Below, one piece after another: positions 52,676 through 61,049 of a stretch of DNA of 61,049 bases. Each line of letters begins with the position of its first letter. The stretch's first letter is position 1. The stretch lies in contig JAILBP010000287.1 of the NCBI GenBank assembly GCA_024680835.1, positions 1-61,049 on the forward strand, given 5' to 3'. Both the position numbers and the translations under genes were made by a program. The DNA is from Lachnospiraceae bacterium. Its GTDB lineage: Bacteria; Bacillota; Clostridia; Lachnospirales; Lachnospiraceae. The notes under the pieces are model-generated. The model was not told where the DNA came from. It saw only the letters and a list, made by a program, of their open reading frames with translations, and did no database searches.

Positions 52676-54039
52676 TAAAGTCTCTCTCTTACCATTTCCT
52701 TAAACATGTCTCCCCTCTGTTCGTAGGACTTGAACATATCCCACGAAGCACAGGCGGGGGACAGCAAAACATTCTCTCCCGGTTTTGCCTCCTCAAAGGC
52801 ACGGTCCACAGCTTCCTTAAGATCCTTCACGAAAACATAATCCTTAAAACCGCATTCATCACAGTCGGAAGCTATCTTCTCCTTTGTAGCACCCAACAGA
52901 TAGAGCTTCTTCACCATGCCGCCAAAGGATCTTATCCAATCCACGTAATCGGAGCCCTTGTCGTAACCGCCGCCTATCAGATATGTGGGGCTCTTCATGG
53001 CTCTCACGGCCTGTATTGCCGCATCCGGATTGGTACCCTTGGAGTCATCGTAGAATTTAACTCCTCCGATCTCCTCCACAAACTCAATCCTGTGGGAAAC
53101 CGCCTTGAAGTTCTTCAGGGCTTTTATGATGTTCTCCCGGCTGACCCCTGAGTAATCTGCCATAGCTATGGCCGCCATGACATTCTCGTAATTGTGCCGT
53201 CCTATGATATTGAGTTCATCCACATGGATGATATCCTCTTTTTTGCCGCCTATGCACCTGCATATCACGTCACCGTCCAAAAAATATCCTTCCGCAAGCT
53301 TTGTACGGCTCGAAAAAAAGATGATGTTTTTATCCGTATCGCTCAGCAGATCGTCACCGAAATCCGCAAGACAATCGTCTTCGTAATTCAACACAACGGT
53401 TTCGGCGTTTTTGGCTATCTTCTTTTTGGCCTTGATGTACTCTTCCATGGTGTGATGCCTGTTGAGGTGATCCGGAGTTATATTCAGTATAGCGCACGCC
53501 TTCGGTGCAAAAGTATCTGCCGTCTCAAGCTGGAAAGAAGAAATTTCAGCCACAACCCTTGTATCATCTGTCATATCATCCAGCATATCCGTATAGGGAA
53601 TACCGATATTTCCCACCACTCTGGTGTCCGGATAAGTAGTCTTAAGCAGTTCTCCGGTCAGGGCCGTCGTGGTGGTCTTGCCGTTAGTGCCTGTAATGGC
53701 ACAAACCTTTCCCTTGCTGAAAAGATACGCCAGCTCGATCTCTCCTATAACCTTAACCCCTGCATCAAACAGACTCTTTGCATCATCCGAATCAAGGGGA
53801 ACACCGGGCGAGAGAACTCCGGTCTTGAAGTTCCCGGCATACTCTCTGTCAAGTCCGCCTATTTTGATCTCAATGCCTTCAGGCGCCCCTGAATCTTTCA
53901 ATTTCTTTTTAATATCCTCGGCATCAGCCTTTTTATTGCCGTCGTACAGCACCACGTCAAATCCTTTTGTTTTTAGAAGCTTTGACGCAGCGATTCCGCT
54001 GATACCCGTTCCTATTACTATAACTCTTCCTAAATCCAT
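52675..54039 (-). CDS. murD: UDP-N-acetylmuramoylalanine--D-glutamate ligase MurD
   Basis: 454 aa with a Rossmann N-terminus (VIGTGISG), a Mur ligase P-loop (GTNGKTTT) and a Mur ligase C-terminal domain. Confidence 0.93.
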   Translation of the reverse strand: MDLGRVIVIGTGISGIAASKLLKTKGFDVVLYDGNKKADAEDIKKKLKDSGAPEGIEIKIGGLDREYAGNFKTGVLSPGVPLDSDDAKSLFDAGVKVIGEIELAYLFSKGKVCAITGTNGKTTTTALTGELLKTTYPDTRVVGNIGIPYTDMLDDMTDDTRVVAEISSFQLETADTFAPKACAILNITPDHLNRHHTMEEYIKAKKKIAKNAETVVLNYEDDCLADFGDDLLSDTDKNIIFFSSRTKLAEGYFLDGDVICRCIGGKKEDIIHVDELNIIGRHNYENVMAAIAMADYSGVSRENIIKALKNFKAVSHRIEFVEEIGGVKFYDDSKGTNPDAAIQAVRAMKSPTYLIGGGYDKGSDYVDWIRSFGGMVKKLYLLGATKEKIASDCDECGFKDYVFVKDLKEAVDRAFEEAKPGENVLLSPACASWDMFKSYEQRGDMFKEMVRERL

Positions 54040-54079
54040 CTGTCTTTACCTCAAATAAACATTGTCTCATTTAAGTTAC

Positions 54080-55087
54080 TCACAGGCCGCATATGCCTAT
54101 GGCGCATAACGCAGCAGTGATGGATGCGAATACGGTAACCACCTTTGTCTCGCTCCATCCCCCGAGCTCAAAATGATGATGTATCGGCGCCATGCGGAAT
54201 ATTCTCTTTCCTTTGGTGATCTTGAAATATGAGACCTGCAGCATCACAGATAAGATCTCTATCCAGTACACAAATCCCACCAAAAGCACGAATATCGGTG
54301 TTCCGGTCATGTAGGCAGAAGCCGCCACAAAACCGCCCAGCGCGAGAGATCCGGTATCACCCATGAAGATCTTCGCAGGATGCGCGTTGTGCATCAGAAA
54401 ACCGAAAAGCGCTCCCATGGTAGCTGCCGCTGTCATGGATGTACCGTAGATACCTGTCGTCTCTCCCGCCACAACATAGAAAGCACACACCGGAAGTGTC
54501 ACCGTGGACACAAGTCCATCCACTCCGTCAGTGAAATTAACGCCGTTAACCGTTCCTATGACAGCCAGAAAAAATATGGGATAACCTAAAATACCAAGGT
54601 TCAATGTGACATCCACAAAGGGAACATAAACATTGGTTATAAACTGGTCTCCGTCGTGTGTCAGGATGATGTAAGCCATGAAAACGCCCGTTACCAGTAT
54701 TTCCAATCCCATCTTCTCTATAGCGGCAAGTCCGTCGGATTTATGTTTGACACTCTTTAGGTAGTCATCCATAAATCCTATAAGACCGAAACACAGCATT
54801 ACCACCACTACCGGGGTAACGCCGCGAAGACCTTCTGTTGCGTGACCGTAGGCCTCCTCAAGACCAAATGCGCTTGTAATAGCCACCATCGTACCTATCA
54901 AAATCCCCACTCCTCCCATAGAGGGAGTTCCGTTCTTGGATTGATGGCTTGCCAGCTCTTCTCTCTCGGTATTACCGAACTTCAGTTTTTTGAAATACGG
55001 TATCAACGGTTTTAGTATAAGATAAGTCACTATAAAAGAAGTCAGCACCGTTGCGGTATAAATCCTGAAATTATCCTGTGATATCAT
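54080..55087 (-). CDS. mraY: Phospho-N-acetylmuramoyl-pentapeptide transferase MraY
   Basis: 335 aa and polytopic, with the motifs GTPSMGG, DD..K, NFTDG.DGL and MGD.GSLALGG. The start overlaps the PBP gene by 17 nt. Confidence 0.93.
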   Translation of the reverse strand: MISQDNFRIYTATVLTSFIVTYLILKPLIPYFKKLKFGNTEREELASHQSKNGTPSMGGVGILIGTMVAITSAFGLEEAYGHATEGLRGVTPVVVVMLCFGLIGFMDDYLKSVKHKSDGLAAIEKMGLEILVTGVFMAYIILTHDGDQFITNVYVPFVDVTLNLGILGYPIFFLAVIGTVNGVNFTDGVDGLVSTVTLPVCAFYVVAGETTGIYGTSMTAAATMGALFGFLMHNAHPAKIFMGDTGSLALGGFVAASAYMTGTPIFVLLVGFVYWIEILSVMLQVSYFKITKGKRIFRMAPIHHHFELGGWSETKVVTVFASITAALCAIGICGL

Positions 55088-57470
55088 GACTTTCCTCCTC
55101 CGGTGTCAATTCCAGTTCCATTTCCGGCAGACCATCCACAGCTTCCCCGTCGGACGCTTCTCCGGTTTCACCCGTTCCCGCCTCGCCGGTATTCTCACCG
55201 GCATCCTCACCTTCATCAGGTGAGACCGGATCAGGCAGCGTGATCTCGGAAGAATCCGTATTTTCAGTCGATTCTCCGGTATCTGTCGATGAACTTCCTG
55301 TATCTCCGACGGAAGATCCTGTATCTCCCGCAGAAGTTCCCGTATTAACGGAAGGAGTACTATCGGTTGCTGATGTTCCCGATGTATCAGAAGACGTTGT
55401 CCCGGAACCGGTGGAAGCAGGCGTATTCTCTGACGGCAGCTGTGTATTCTCCGTCGCCTGTCCGTCGTCACCGGCTTTTTCTTCCGAAGTATTGTCTTTT
55501 ATGACGATCCTGTTCTCTTCGCTGTAATGCTCGGTGGCATTCAGAGCATTGTCCGAATACCACGACAAACCTGTCAGGAAGTTGGTAACATCGCTGGTAA
55601 GCGACTTTTCATTCAAAGGTTCATCAGGGTAAATATTCAGGTACGGCAAAGCCTCCTCCAGTATCTCCCTGCAAAGATTCTGCGCGTATGTTGAATGTGC
55701 CTGATCCTGGGTATTCGGTCTGTCTACCACCACGTATATCATGACCTTGGGATCGTCCTGCGGAACATATCCGATAAAAGATACCAGATAGTTGATACCG
55801 TCACGGTGGGCAAGCTGTGCGGTTCCTGTCTTACCGCCCATGGAATAGCCTGCGACTTTGGCATATTTACCGGTACCACCCTGTTCGGATACAACACCGT
55901 AAAGATAATCCTTCAGCTTTTCGGAAGTATCCCTGGATATGGTCTGTTTGAGCAACGTAGGCTGATACTGCCTTATAAGCTGTCCTTCCTCGTCCAATAT
56001 CTTTGTAACCATATGCGGCTGGTAGTACATCCCCCCGTTTATCAGTGAACAGAAGGCGCTGCCAAGCTGGATCATGGTTGTATTGAAGTTCTGACCAAAG
56101 GAGTTGGTAGCAAGATCGATCTTGGTCATATTGTCCTCTGTGTACACGAGGCTGTCCGTCCTTGACTCACCCGGCAGATCAATGTTGGTCTTTCTGCCGA
56201 AGCCGAAAACAGACTGGTATTTTGTGAAATTTTTAACACCTATAACGTAGGACATCTGCATCAGAGCATCATTACACGAGTCCATCAATGCCTTCTTTAC
56301 CGTCTCCATACCATGTCCGTATTTATTGACACATTTGATACGGTATTCAGCGATATTCTCTCCACCGTCACAATAAAACTCTTCATCTCCGGTCAGCACA
56401 CCGGTATCAAGCCCGCACGCCACCGTGAAGGGCTTTGCCGTGGAACCGGGCTCATATGTATATCCGACGCAGAAATTCATCCAGATGCGGTTGAGGGCTT
56501 CATACATCTCATGGTTATCCATCTCCGCTATCTCTTCCTCGGAGTAATATGCGCTGAGATCCCTGGGATTCGAGAGATCAAAGCTCGGATAATCAGCCAT
56601 GGCCAGAACCTCGCCGGTCTGGGGCGACATCATCAAAACACCAATATTCTGCGCTGCCGGTCCTTCGTTGTAATTATCCTGAAATGTAGTCAGAAACTCT
56701 TTGATCTTATCTTCCACAATGGATTGAAGATTTGCGTCTATAGTGCTGACCACAGTGTAACCGTCTCTGGCAACCCTGGTATTTTTCTCGTAATCGCTGT
56801 CGGAATTAAGGAAACCGTATACCCTGCCGTTTATGCCTGTAAGATCCTTATCATAGAATTTCTCAAGTCCCTGAAGACCAACACCGTCATTCTGCACCAT
56901 GCCTATGATCTCGCTGGCAAGGCTTCCGTACGGATAGCTTCTGATGTAGCTTTTCTCAAACCAAAGTCCCTTGACCAGAGAATGCTCCCCGTCATTCATA
57001 AGATCTGACAGCTTTTTCATACGGTCATAGGGCATCTGTTTGATCAGTACTATATATGCGTTATTGGGGTTTTTACTGATGATATCCCTGATATTATCCT
57101 CATCAAGTTCATCGCCGTAACACTGCATGAGCGCCGCTATTGACGGCTCAAGATATTTATCTTTAGACAGCATTACCCTGCAATCGAGTATGAGAGAATA
57201 TACATCCGTGGATGTCGCCAGGATAGTGCCTTTAGAATCTGTGATATCGCCCCGGCGGTACGCCAGGCTGACGGAGTCATAGGATTTCTGGGACAGAACC
57301 TGCTTTTCGTACTGCTCTCCCGAAACCTCCTCGATATAAAAAACTTTTACCGTTAACGCAACAAAAGCTACCGCAATCACAAAGAAGATCACGGTAAGCT
57401 TTTTCTTGTTGTCTCTGGATACCTTAAACGTTTTTCTCTTTTTTCTGTTTTGAACGGATCCCATTATCAC
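55071..57470 (-). CDS. ftsI: Class B penicillin-binding protein (division transpeptidase) with a ~150-aa S/T/G/D/E-rich C-terminal tail
   Basis: 799 aa. It has an N-terminal TM anchor, a PBP dimerisation domain and the transpeptidase motifs STAKPF, SCND and KTGTA. It sits in the dcw cluster. Confidence 0.88.
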   Translation of the reverse strand: MIMGSVQNRKKRKTFKVSRDNKKKLTVIFFVIAVAFVALTVKVFYIEEVSGEQYEKQVLSQKSYDSVSLAYRRGDITDSKGTILATSTDVYSLILDCRVMLSKDKYLEPSIAALMQCYGDELDEDNIRDIISKNPNNAYIVLIKQMPYDRMKKLSDLMNDGEHSLVKGLWFEKSYIRSYPYGSLASEIIGMVQNDGVGLQGLEKFYDKDLTGINGRVYGFLNSDSDYEKNTRVARDGYTVVSTIDANLQSIVEDKIKEFLTTFQDNYNEGPAAQNIGVLMMSPQTGEVLAMADYPSFDLSNPRDLSAYYSEEEIAEMDNHEMYEALNRIWMNFCVGYTYEPGSTAKPFTVACGLDTGVLTGDEEFYCDGGENIAEYRIKCVNKYGHGMETVKKALMDSCNDALMQMSYVIGVKNFTKYQSVFGFGRKTNIDLPGESRTDSLVYTEDNMTKIDLATNSFGQNFNTTMIQLGSAFCSLINGGMYYQPHMVTKILDEEGQLIRQYQPTLLKQTISRDTSEKLKDYLYGVVSEQGGTGKYAKVAGYSMGGKTGTAQLAHRDGINYLVSFIGYVPQDDPKVMIYVVVDRPNTQDQAHSTYAQNLCREILEEALPYLNIYPDEPLNEKSLTSDVTNFLTGLSWYSDNALNATEHYSEENRIVIKDNTSEEKAGDDGQATENTQLPSENTPASTGSGTTSSDTSGTSATDSTPSVNTGTSAGDTGSSVGDTGSSSTDTGESTENTDSSEITLPDPVSPDEGEDAGENTGEAGTGETGEASDGEAVDGLPEMELELTPEEESHDITG

Positions 57471-58033
57471 TTAATCCCGCTGTACTGGGTCATATAATCT
57501 GAAGAATCGATGCTGTAATATACTATCTGATCTTCGCCGGCATAATTCATGCCCATCTTCAGCGCTTCCTTTTTTACCATCGTGATATCGCCTGCTGTCT
57601 CAAGCCTCTTGGCTACCGCGTCGTTATTGACCTTTACGGTATCCAGCGAGCTCTCAAGCGATGCAATGCTCCTGAGCCTTGTGGTGATATCCGATTGTAA
57701 TTTTATATAAAACATCACTGTAATGCAAGTGATAATCAGTGCCAACGACAAAAAAAATACATATTGCGGAGTGACCATCATCATCTGCTCCTGATGGCGT
57801 CTCGCAATGGCGTTTCTCCTGCGGCGCTCACGGTTTCTGCGGACTATCTCGGCGTTTTCCTCATAGCTCTCCTGCTCGCGCTCACGGTAGAACTCCTCCT
57901 CAGACGCATAATCATCCTCAGACTCTGCGTAGTCCAGGTCACGGGCAACGTTGTCATTGATATAAGCGCCGTATCCCGCACCCTTCATATCCCACTCGTA
58001 TTCATCTCTCTCAAAACCACCGATTTCCCTCAT
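57467..58033 (-). CDS. ftsL: FtsL-like division protein with an acidic N-terminal extension
   Basis: 188 aa. A single TM helix (YVFFLSLALIITCITVMFYI) is followed by a coiled coil. It lies between rsmH and the PBP gene. Confidence 0.7.
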   Translation of the reverse strand: MREIGGFERDEYEWDMKGAGYGAYINDNVARDLDYAESEDDYASEEEFYREREQESYEENAEIVRRNRERRRRNAIARRHQEQMMMVTPQYVFFLSLALIITCITVMFYIKLQSDITTRLRSIASLESSLDTVKVNNDAVAKRLETAGDITMVKKEALKMGMNYAGEDQIVYYSIDSSDYMTQYSGIK

Positions 58034-58053
58034 GTTCGAATTCCTTTTCTCTT

Positions 58054-58995
58054 CTATGTTTTTTCAAAAACCCTCAGTTTTGCACTCTTTGACCGCGGAT
58101 TCGTCTCCATTTCCAATTCCGTCGGCAGGATCGGATGTTTTGTGATAACCCGTCCTTTCGGAACCTTTCCGCAAACACATACAGGAAAGGATGGCGGACA
58201 AGTGCACGGATCTTCCAATGTCTTGAAGTGGTTCTTGACTATCCTGTCTTCTAACGAATGGAAGGTTATAATACAAAGTCTTCCACCCGGATTGAGGAAA
58301 TCCGCCATTTTATCTATGCTGTTTTCTAACACCTCGAGTTCACGGTTCACAGCGATCCTCAAAGCCTGAAAGGTTCTCTTGGAAGGATGTCCGCCTGTGG
58401 CTCTCATCTTAGCCGGGATTGAATCCCTTATTATCTCGTTGAGCCTTCCCGTTGTCTCTATAGGTGACTGTTGCCTGGCGAGCACTATATTTTTCGCTAT
58501 ATTTCTCGCGAACTTCTCTTCACCGTAATCCCTAAGGATTCGGGTCAGTTCCTCTACGGAATAGCCGTTTATGATGTTTTCGGCTGTAAGAGTGCCTGCC
58601 TTGTCCATTCTCATATCTAAAGGCGCTTCGTCTGTTCTGTAGGTAAAACCCCTGCTTTCTTCGTCTAATTGATAGGAGGATACACCAAGATCAAGGAGTA
58701 TACCGTCTGCGCCTGTGATACCTTTTTCAGTTAAAATGCTGACTGCGTTCTCGTAATTGGATCTTATGATCGTAACGCCGTTTTCAAAGACCGATAACCT
58801 TTCTGTCGCAAATCCCAAAGCATCTTCGTCCTGGTCAAAGCCGAAAAGCTGCCCGCCGGAAAGCTTTTTTCTGATCTCAAAGCTGTGACCGGCACCGCCC
58901 AACGTACCGTCGACATACGTCCCTTCCGGTCGTATATTCAGATTTTCCAGTACCTCGGTCAGCATAACCGGAATATGTTCGAATTCTTTACTCAT
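58054..58995 (-). CDS. rsmH: 16S rRNA (cytosine1402-N4)-methyltransferase RsmH (MraW)
   Basis: The start is taken at ATG 58995 ([12 protein letters not shown]), with AGGTG upstream. It has the SAM motifs [10 protein letters not shown] and DLGVSS. Confidence 0.93.
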   Translation of the reverse strand: MSKEFEHIPVMLTEVLENLNIRPEGTYVDGTLGGAGHSFEIRKKLSGGQLFGFDQDEDALGFATERLSVFENGVTIIRSNYENAVSILTEKGITGADGILLDLGVSSYQLDEESRGFTYRTDEAPLDMRMDKAGTLTAENIINGYSVEELTRILRDYGEEKFARNIAKNIVLARQQSPIETTGRLNEIIRDSIPAKMRATGGHPSKRTFQALRIAVNRELEVLENSIDKMADFLNPGGRLCIITFHSLEDRIVKNHFKTLEDPCTCPPSFPVCVCGKVPKGRVITKHPILPTELEMETNPRSKSAKLRVFEKT

Positions 58996-59013
58996 AAAAA
59001 ACACCTGTCAACA

Positions 59014-59445
59014 TCAGAATACGAATCCCGATTCCGCCATCTTCTGGGCAACTTCACCGATATCTTCGGTTCCCGTTGCATTGTCCCATCTCTCTTTGCT
59101 CCAGATCTCCACTTTGGTAATAACGCCTGCCAAAACCACATCTTTATCCAGACCCGCAAACTCCCGCAATTTCTGGGGTATCAAAGCTCTGCCCTGTTTG
59201 TCTATCTCCACTTCGCATGCACCTGCGATGAAATGTCTGAGAAAATATCTCGTCTCTGCAGAATACTGCGGCGCTTTGCGGAATGTCTCCTCGACATTCG
59301 CCCACTCTTCTTTGGAGTACACAAACAAACAGTCTTCAAATCCCCTGGTAATCACTATCTCGTCACCGAGCAACTCGCGAAACTTTAACGGAATTATCAG
59401 CCTGCCCTTAGGATCTATGGAATGATCATACTCACCCATGAACAT
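59014..59445 (-). CDS. mraZ: Transcriptional regulator MraZ
   Basis: 143 aa with two SpoVT/AbrB-like repeats carrying DxxxR motifs (DPKGRLIIP; DKQGRALIP). Confidence 0.95.
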   Translation of the reverse strand: MFMGEYDHSIDPKGRLIIPLKFRELLGDEIVITRGFEDCLFVYSKEEWANVEETFRKAPQYSAETRYFLRHFIAGACEVEIDKQGRALIPQKLREFAGLDKDVVLAGVITKVEIWSKERWDNATGTEDIGEVAQKMAESGFVF

Positions 59446-59541
59446 AAGGCATGTTCCCCTCTTTTTCTCTGATCTATCCGCTCATTTCACAGAACAACTG
59501 GACAGATAACGTGGTCATAAGCTTATGGGATGGGATTTCGA

Positions 59542-59589
59542 CTCACTTTCTACCACCTTGTATCCACTAAGTCTCCACTTGCCATCCAC
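59542..59589 (-). promoter_or_regulatory. Array of five direct GTGG(A/T)/GTGAG repeats at 10-11-bp spacing (candidate MraZ operator)
   Basis: The minus strand reads GTGGA-tggcaa-GTGGA-gactta-GTGGA-tacaag-GTGGT-agaaa-GTGAG. It starts 12 nt downstream of the putative -10 and ends 97 nt upstream of the mraZ ATG. Confidence 0.65.
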
Positions 59590-59600
59590 CGACATTCAAA

Positions 59601-59629
59601 ATACTACTACTGAACAATTCAAAATGCAA
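59601..59629 (-). promoter_or_regulatory. Putative sigma-A-type promoter of the mraZ/dcw operon
   Basis: The minus strand reads TTGCAT-17 nt-TAGTAT, directly upstream of the repeat array. Confidence 0.5.
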
Positions 59630-59640
59630 GAGTTTTTTTT

Positions 59641-59685
59641 AAAAAAAATTGGTTATTTTTTATGTTTCCACAAAAAATAACCAAT
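59641..59685 (-). terminator. Rho-independent terminator after lgt
   Basis: The minus strand reads ATTGGTTATTTTTT-gtggaaacat-AAAAAATAACCAAT followed by T8-9. This is a 14-bp AT-rich perfect stem. Confidence 0.65.
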
Positions 59686-59768
59686 CGTTTTTGTACAATA
59701 CAACCAATACTTGTGCTAAATTTTCTAAAATCCGGGCTCAAACCCCAATATATGGTTTTTCAAAAATT

Positions 59769-60716
59769 TTACTCATCCTTAATATCTTTTTTATTTTTGT
59801 CTCCACCCGGCACCACTTTTGCTCCACCTTCCGGTTCGGATCCTCCATCCGCCGCCACATTAATTTTCGCTTTCACAATGCCAACGATATTCAGGATCAC
59901 CGACAGTACCACCAGAGTCATGGCCACCACCATGGACACCGCTATATCCGTTCCCGGGATCTTCAGCTGGTCGGTCCTCAAACTCTCTATAAAGAACCTT
60001 CCGAGACCGTATCCACCCAGATACACCAGCATTACCTGTCCCTTAAACACTTTCCTGTATCTCACAAAGAGGATCAGGAAAAGGAACAGCGCCAGATTCC
60101 ATAACGATTCATACAGGAAAGTCGGATGAACCTGTATATAATCTATGCCGTTTACATTGACCACGTTCTCCATCTGCTCTATCGTAACATCAGACGCCCT
60201 CACAGCGGTGACGGGAAGCTGCATTGCAAACAATGAATCCGTGTATCTCCCGAAAGCCTCCCTGTTAAAGAAATTTCCGTAACGGCCTATGAGCTGACCC
60301 AGAGGAAGCCCCACAACTCCTGTGTCACACAGCAGGAGAAAATCCAGTTTTTTGACCTTTGTGTATACAAGACATACAACCAGGCACATTATGACTGCCC
60401 CGTAGATTGCAAGACCGCCCTGTCTCAGATTGAATATCGACAAAAGATCGTCTTTGTATTTGTCCCAGGAAAAGATCACATAATACAGTCTCGCACCTAT
60501 TATACAGAATATGACCTCATAAATGGCGAAATCCATATACATCTCCACATCCTGCCCGGTACGCTTCGCCTCGGAGAGCGCCATCCAAACGCCTGCCAGG
60601 ATGCCTATGACCACCACTATGCCGTAGTAGGCAATGGTAAAACCGTTAATGTTGATGAGTTTCCCCACATGATCCATATAAATTCCCAAGTGGGGAAAAT
60701 TAATATTGTAATCCAT
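59769..60716 (-). CDS. lgt: Prolipoprotein diacylglyceryl transferase Lgt
   Basis: 315 aa and polytopic, with Lgt motifs (Y.....G...G; GR.GNF.N.E..G; HPTFLYESLWN). It has a basic/Gly-rich C-terminal tail. Confidence 0.9.
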   Translation of the reverse strand: MDYNINFPHLGIYMDHVGKLININGFTIAYYGIVVVIGILAGVWMALSEAKRTGQDVEMYMDFAIYEVIFCIIGARLYYVIFSWDKYKDDLLSIFNLRQGGLAIYGAVIMCLVVCLVYTKVKKLDFLLLCDTGVVGLPLGQLIGRYGNFFNREAFGRYTDSLFAMQLPVTAVRASDVTIEQMENVVNVNGIDYIQVHPTFLYESLWNLALFLFLILFVRYRKVFKGQVMLVYLGGYGLGRFFIESLRTDQLKIPGTDIAVSMVVAMTLVVLSVILNIVGIVKAKINVAADGGSEPEGGAKVVPGGDKNKKDIKDE

Positions 60717-60731
60717 TTATACACCTGTCCT

Positions 60732-60763
60732 AAAAAAAGGGCGGGGGCTTAACACCCCTGCCC
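60732..60763 (-). terminator. Rho-independent terminator after thrS
   Basis: The minus strand reads GGGCAGGGG-tgttaag-CCCCCGCCC (one mismatch) followed by TTTTTTT. Confidence 0.7.
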
Positions 60764-60794
60764 TGTCTGAATCTGATAAATCATCAATTAAAGA

Positions 60795-61049
60795 TCAGTT
60801 TTTCTCCTCTGTCTGAACCTGCTCCGTACGAATTGCCTTCGTACGAATCTCCTCGCATATCTGATCTATAAACTCCTGAACCGGTTTAACACCCTCATCA
60901 CCTTCAAAACGGCTTCTGACAGATACAGTGTTATCCTGCTCTTCATTGGCACCTACTATGAGCATGTACGGCAGTCTGTCAAGACGCGCCTCCCTGATCT
61001 TGAATCCGATCTTCTCCGAACGGGCGTCAACCGTCACATCAACATCATG
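60795..61049 (-). CDS. thrS: Threonine--tRNA ligase, C-terminal anticodon-binding domain (gene runs off the right edge)
   Basis: The frame is open to the window edge (HDVDVTVDARSEKIGFKIREARLDRLPYMLIVGANEEQDNTVSVRSR...), which matches the conserved ThrS C-terminus. The ORF-track start at 61037 is an internal GTG. Confidence 0.85.
   Translation of the reverse strand, partial: HDVDVTVDARSEKIGFKIREARLDRLPYMLIVGANEEQDNTVSVRSRFEGDEGVKPVQEFIDQICEEIRTKAIRTEQVQTEEKN

Noticed and set aside
1-61049. Search for CRISPR arrays, tRNA/rRNA genes, prophage or transposon hallmarks (integrase, transposase, long terminal repeats)
   Set aside because: None was seen. The only repeats are the short intergenic palindromic or direct repeats and the in-frame His-codon repeats reported above. 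The six-frame track holds no recombinase-like ORFs.

Overview
This is a 61-kb chromosomal window from a low-to-mid GC Firmicute (Clostridia, probably Lachnospiraceae, judged from protein sequences and gene order). Almost every gene is on the minus strand. Read in the direction of transcription (right to left) it holds:
- thrS (3' end) and lgt.
- A compact dcw cluster: mraZ-rsmH-ftsL-ftsI-mraY-murD-ftsW-ftsQ-ftsZ.
- A small acidic protein, then argS.
- Two G3E/CobW-type GTPases, one carrying an 81-residue His/Asp/Glu tract.
- nfnAB-like oxidoreductase genes.
- A tightly packed five-gene cluster of unknown function: a 1145-aa protein, a degenerate Hsp70/actin-fold protein, a helical protein, a coiled-coil membrane protein and an SF1 UvrD-type helicase.
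- A plus-strand DUF1292 gene.
- A three-gene phosphorelay: REC-HD-GYP, a hybrid HK-REC-HPt, and a hybrid HK-REC fused to a DegV fatty-acid-binding domain.
- A GlgX-like GH13 protein whose catalytic residues appear substituted, overlapping a traX-like gene.
- comM-dprA-topA-codY.
- The first 18 kb of the main flagellar (fla) operon: flgB flgC fliE fliF fliG fliH fliI fliJ ylxF-like fliK flgD flgE motA motB fliL fliM fliY fliO.

I saw no rRNA, tRNA, CRISPR array, transposase or integrase.

The best candidates for undescribed biology are the five-gene cluster at 33.8-42.4 kb and the HK-REC-DegV / HD-GYP phosphorelay at 26.9-33.3 kb. Also notable are structured palindromic repeat elements inside the flagellar operon, a shared bipartite intergenic motif at two loci, and a MraZ-box array. 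All functional calls come from motif recognition by eye. No database search was run.
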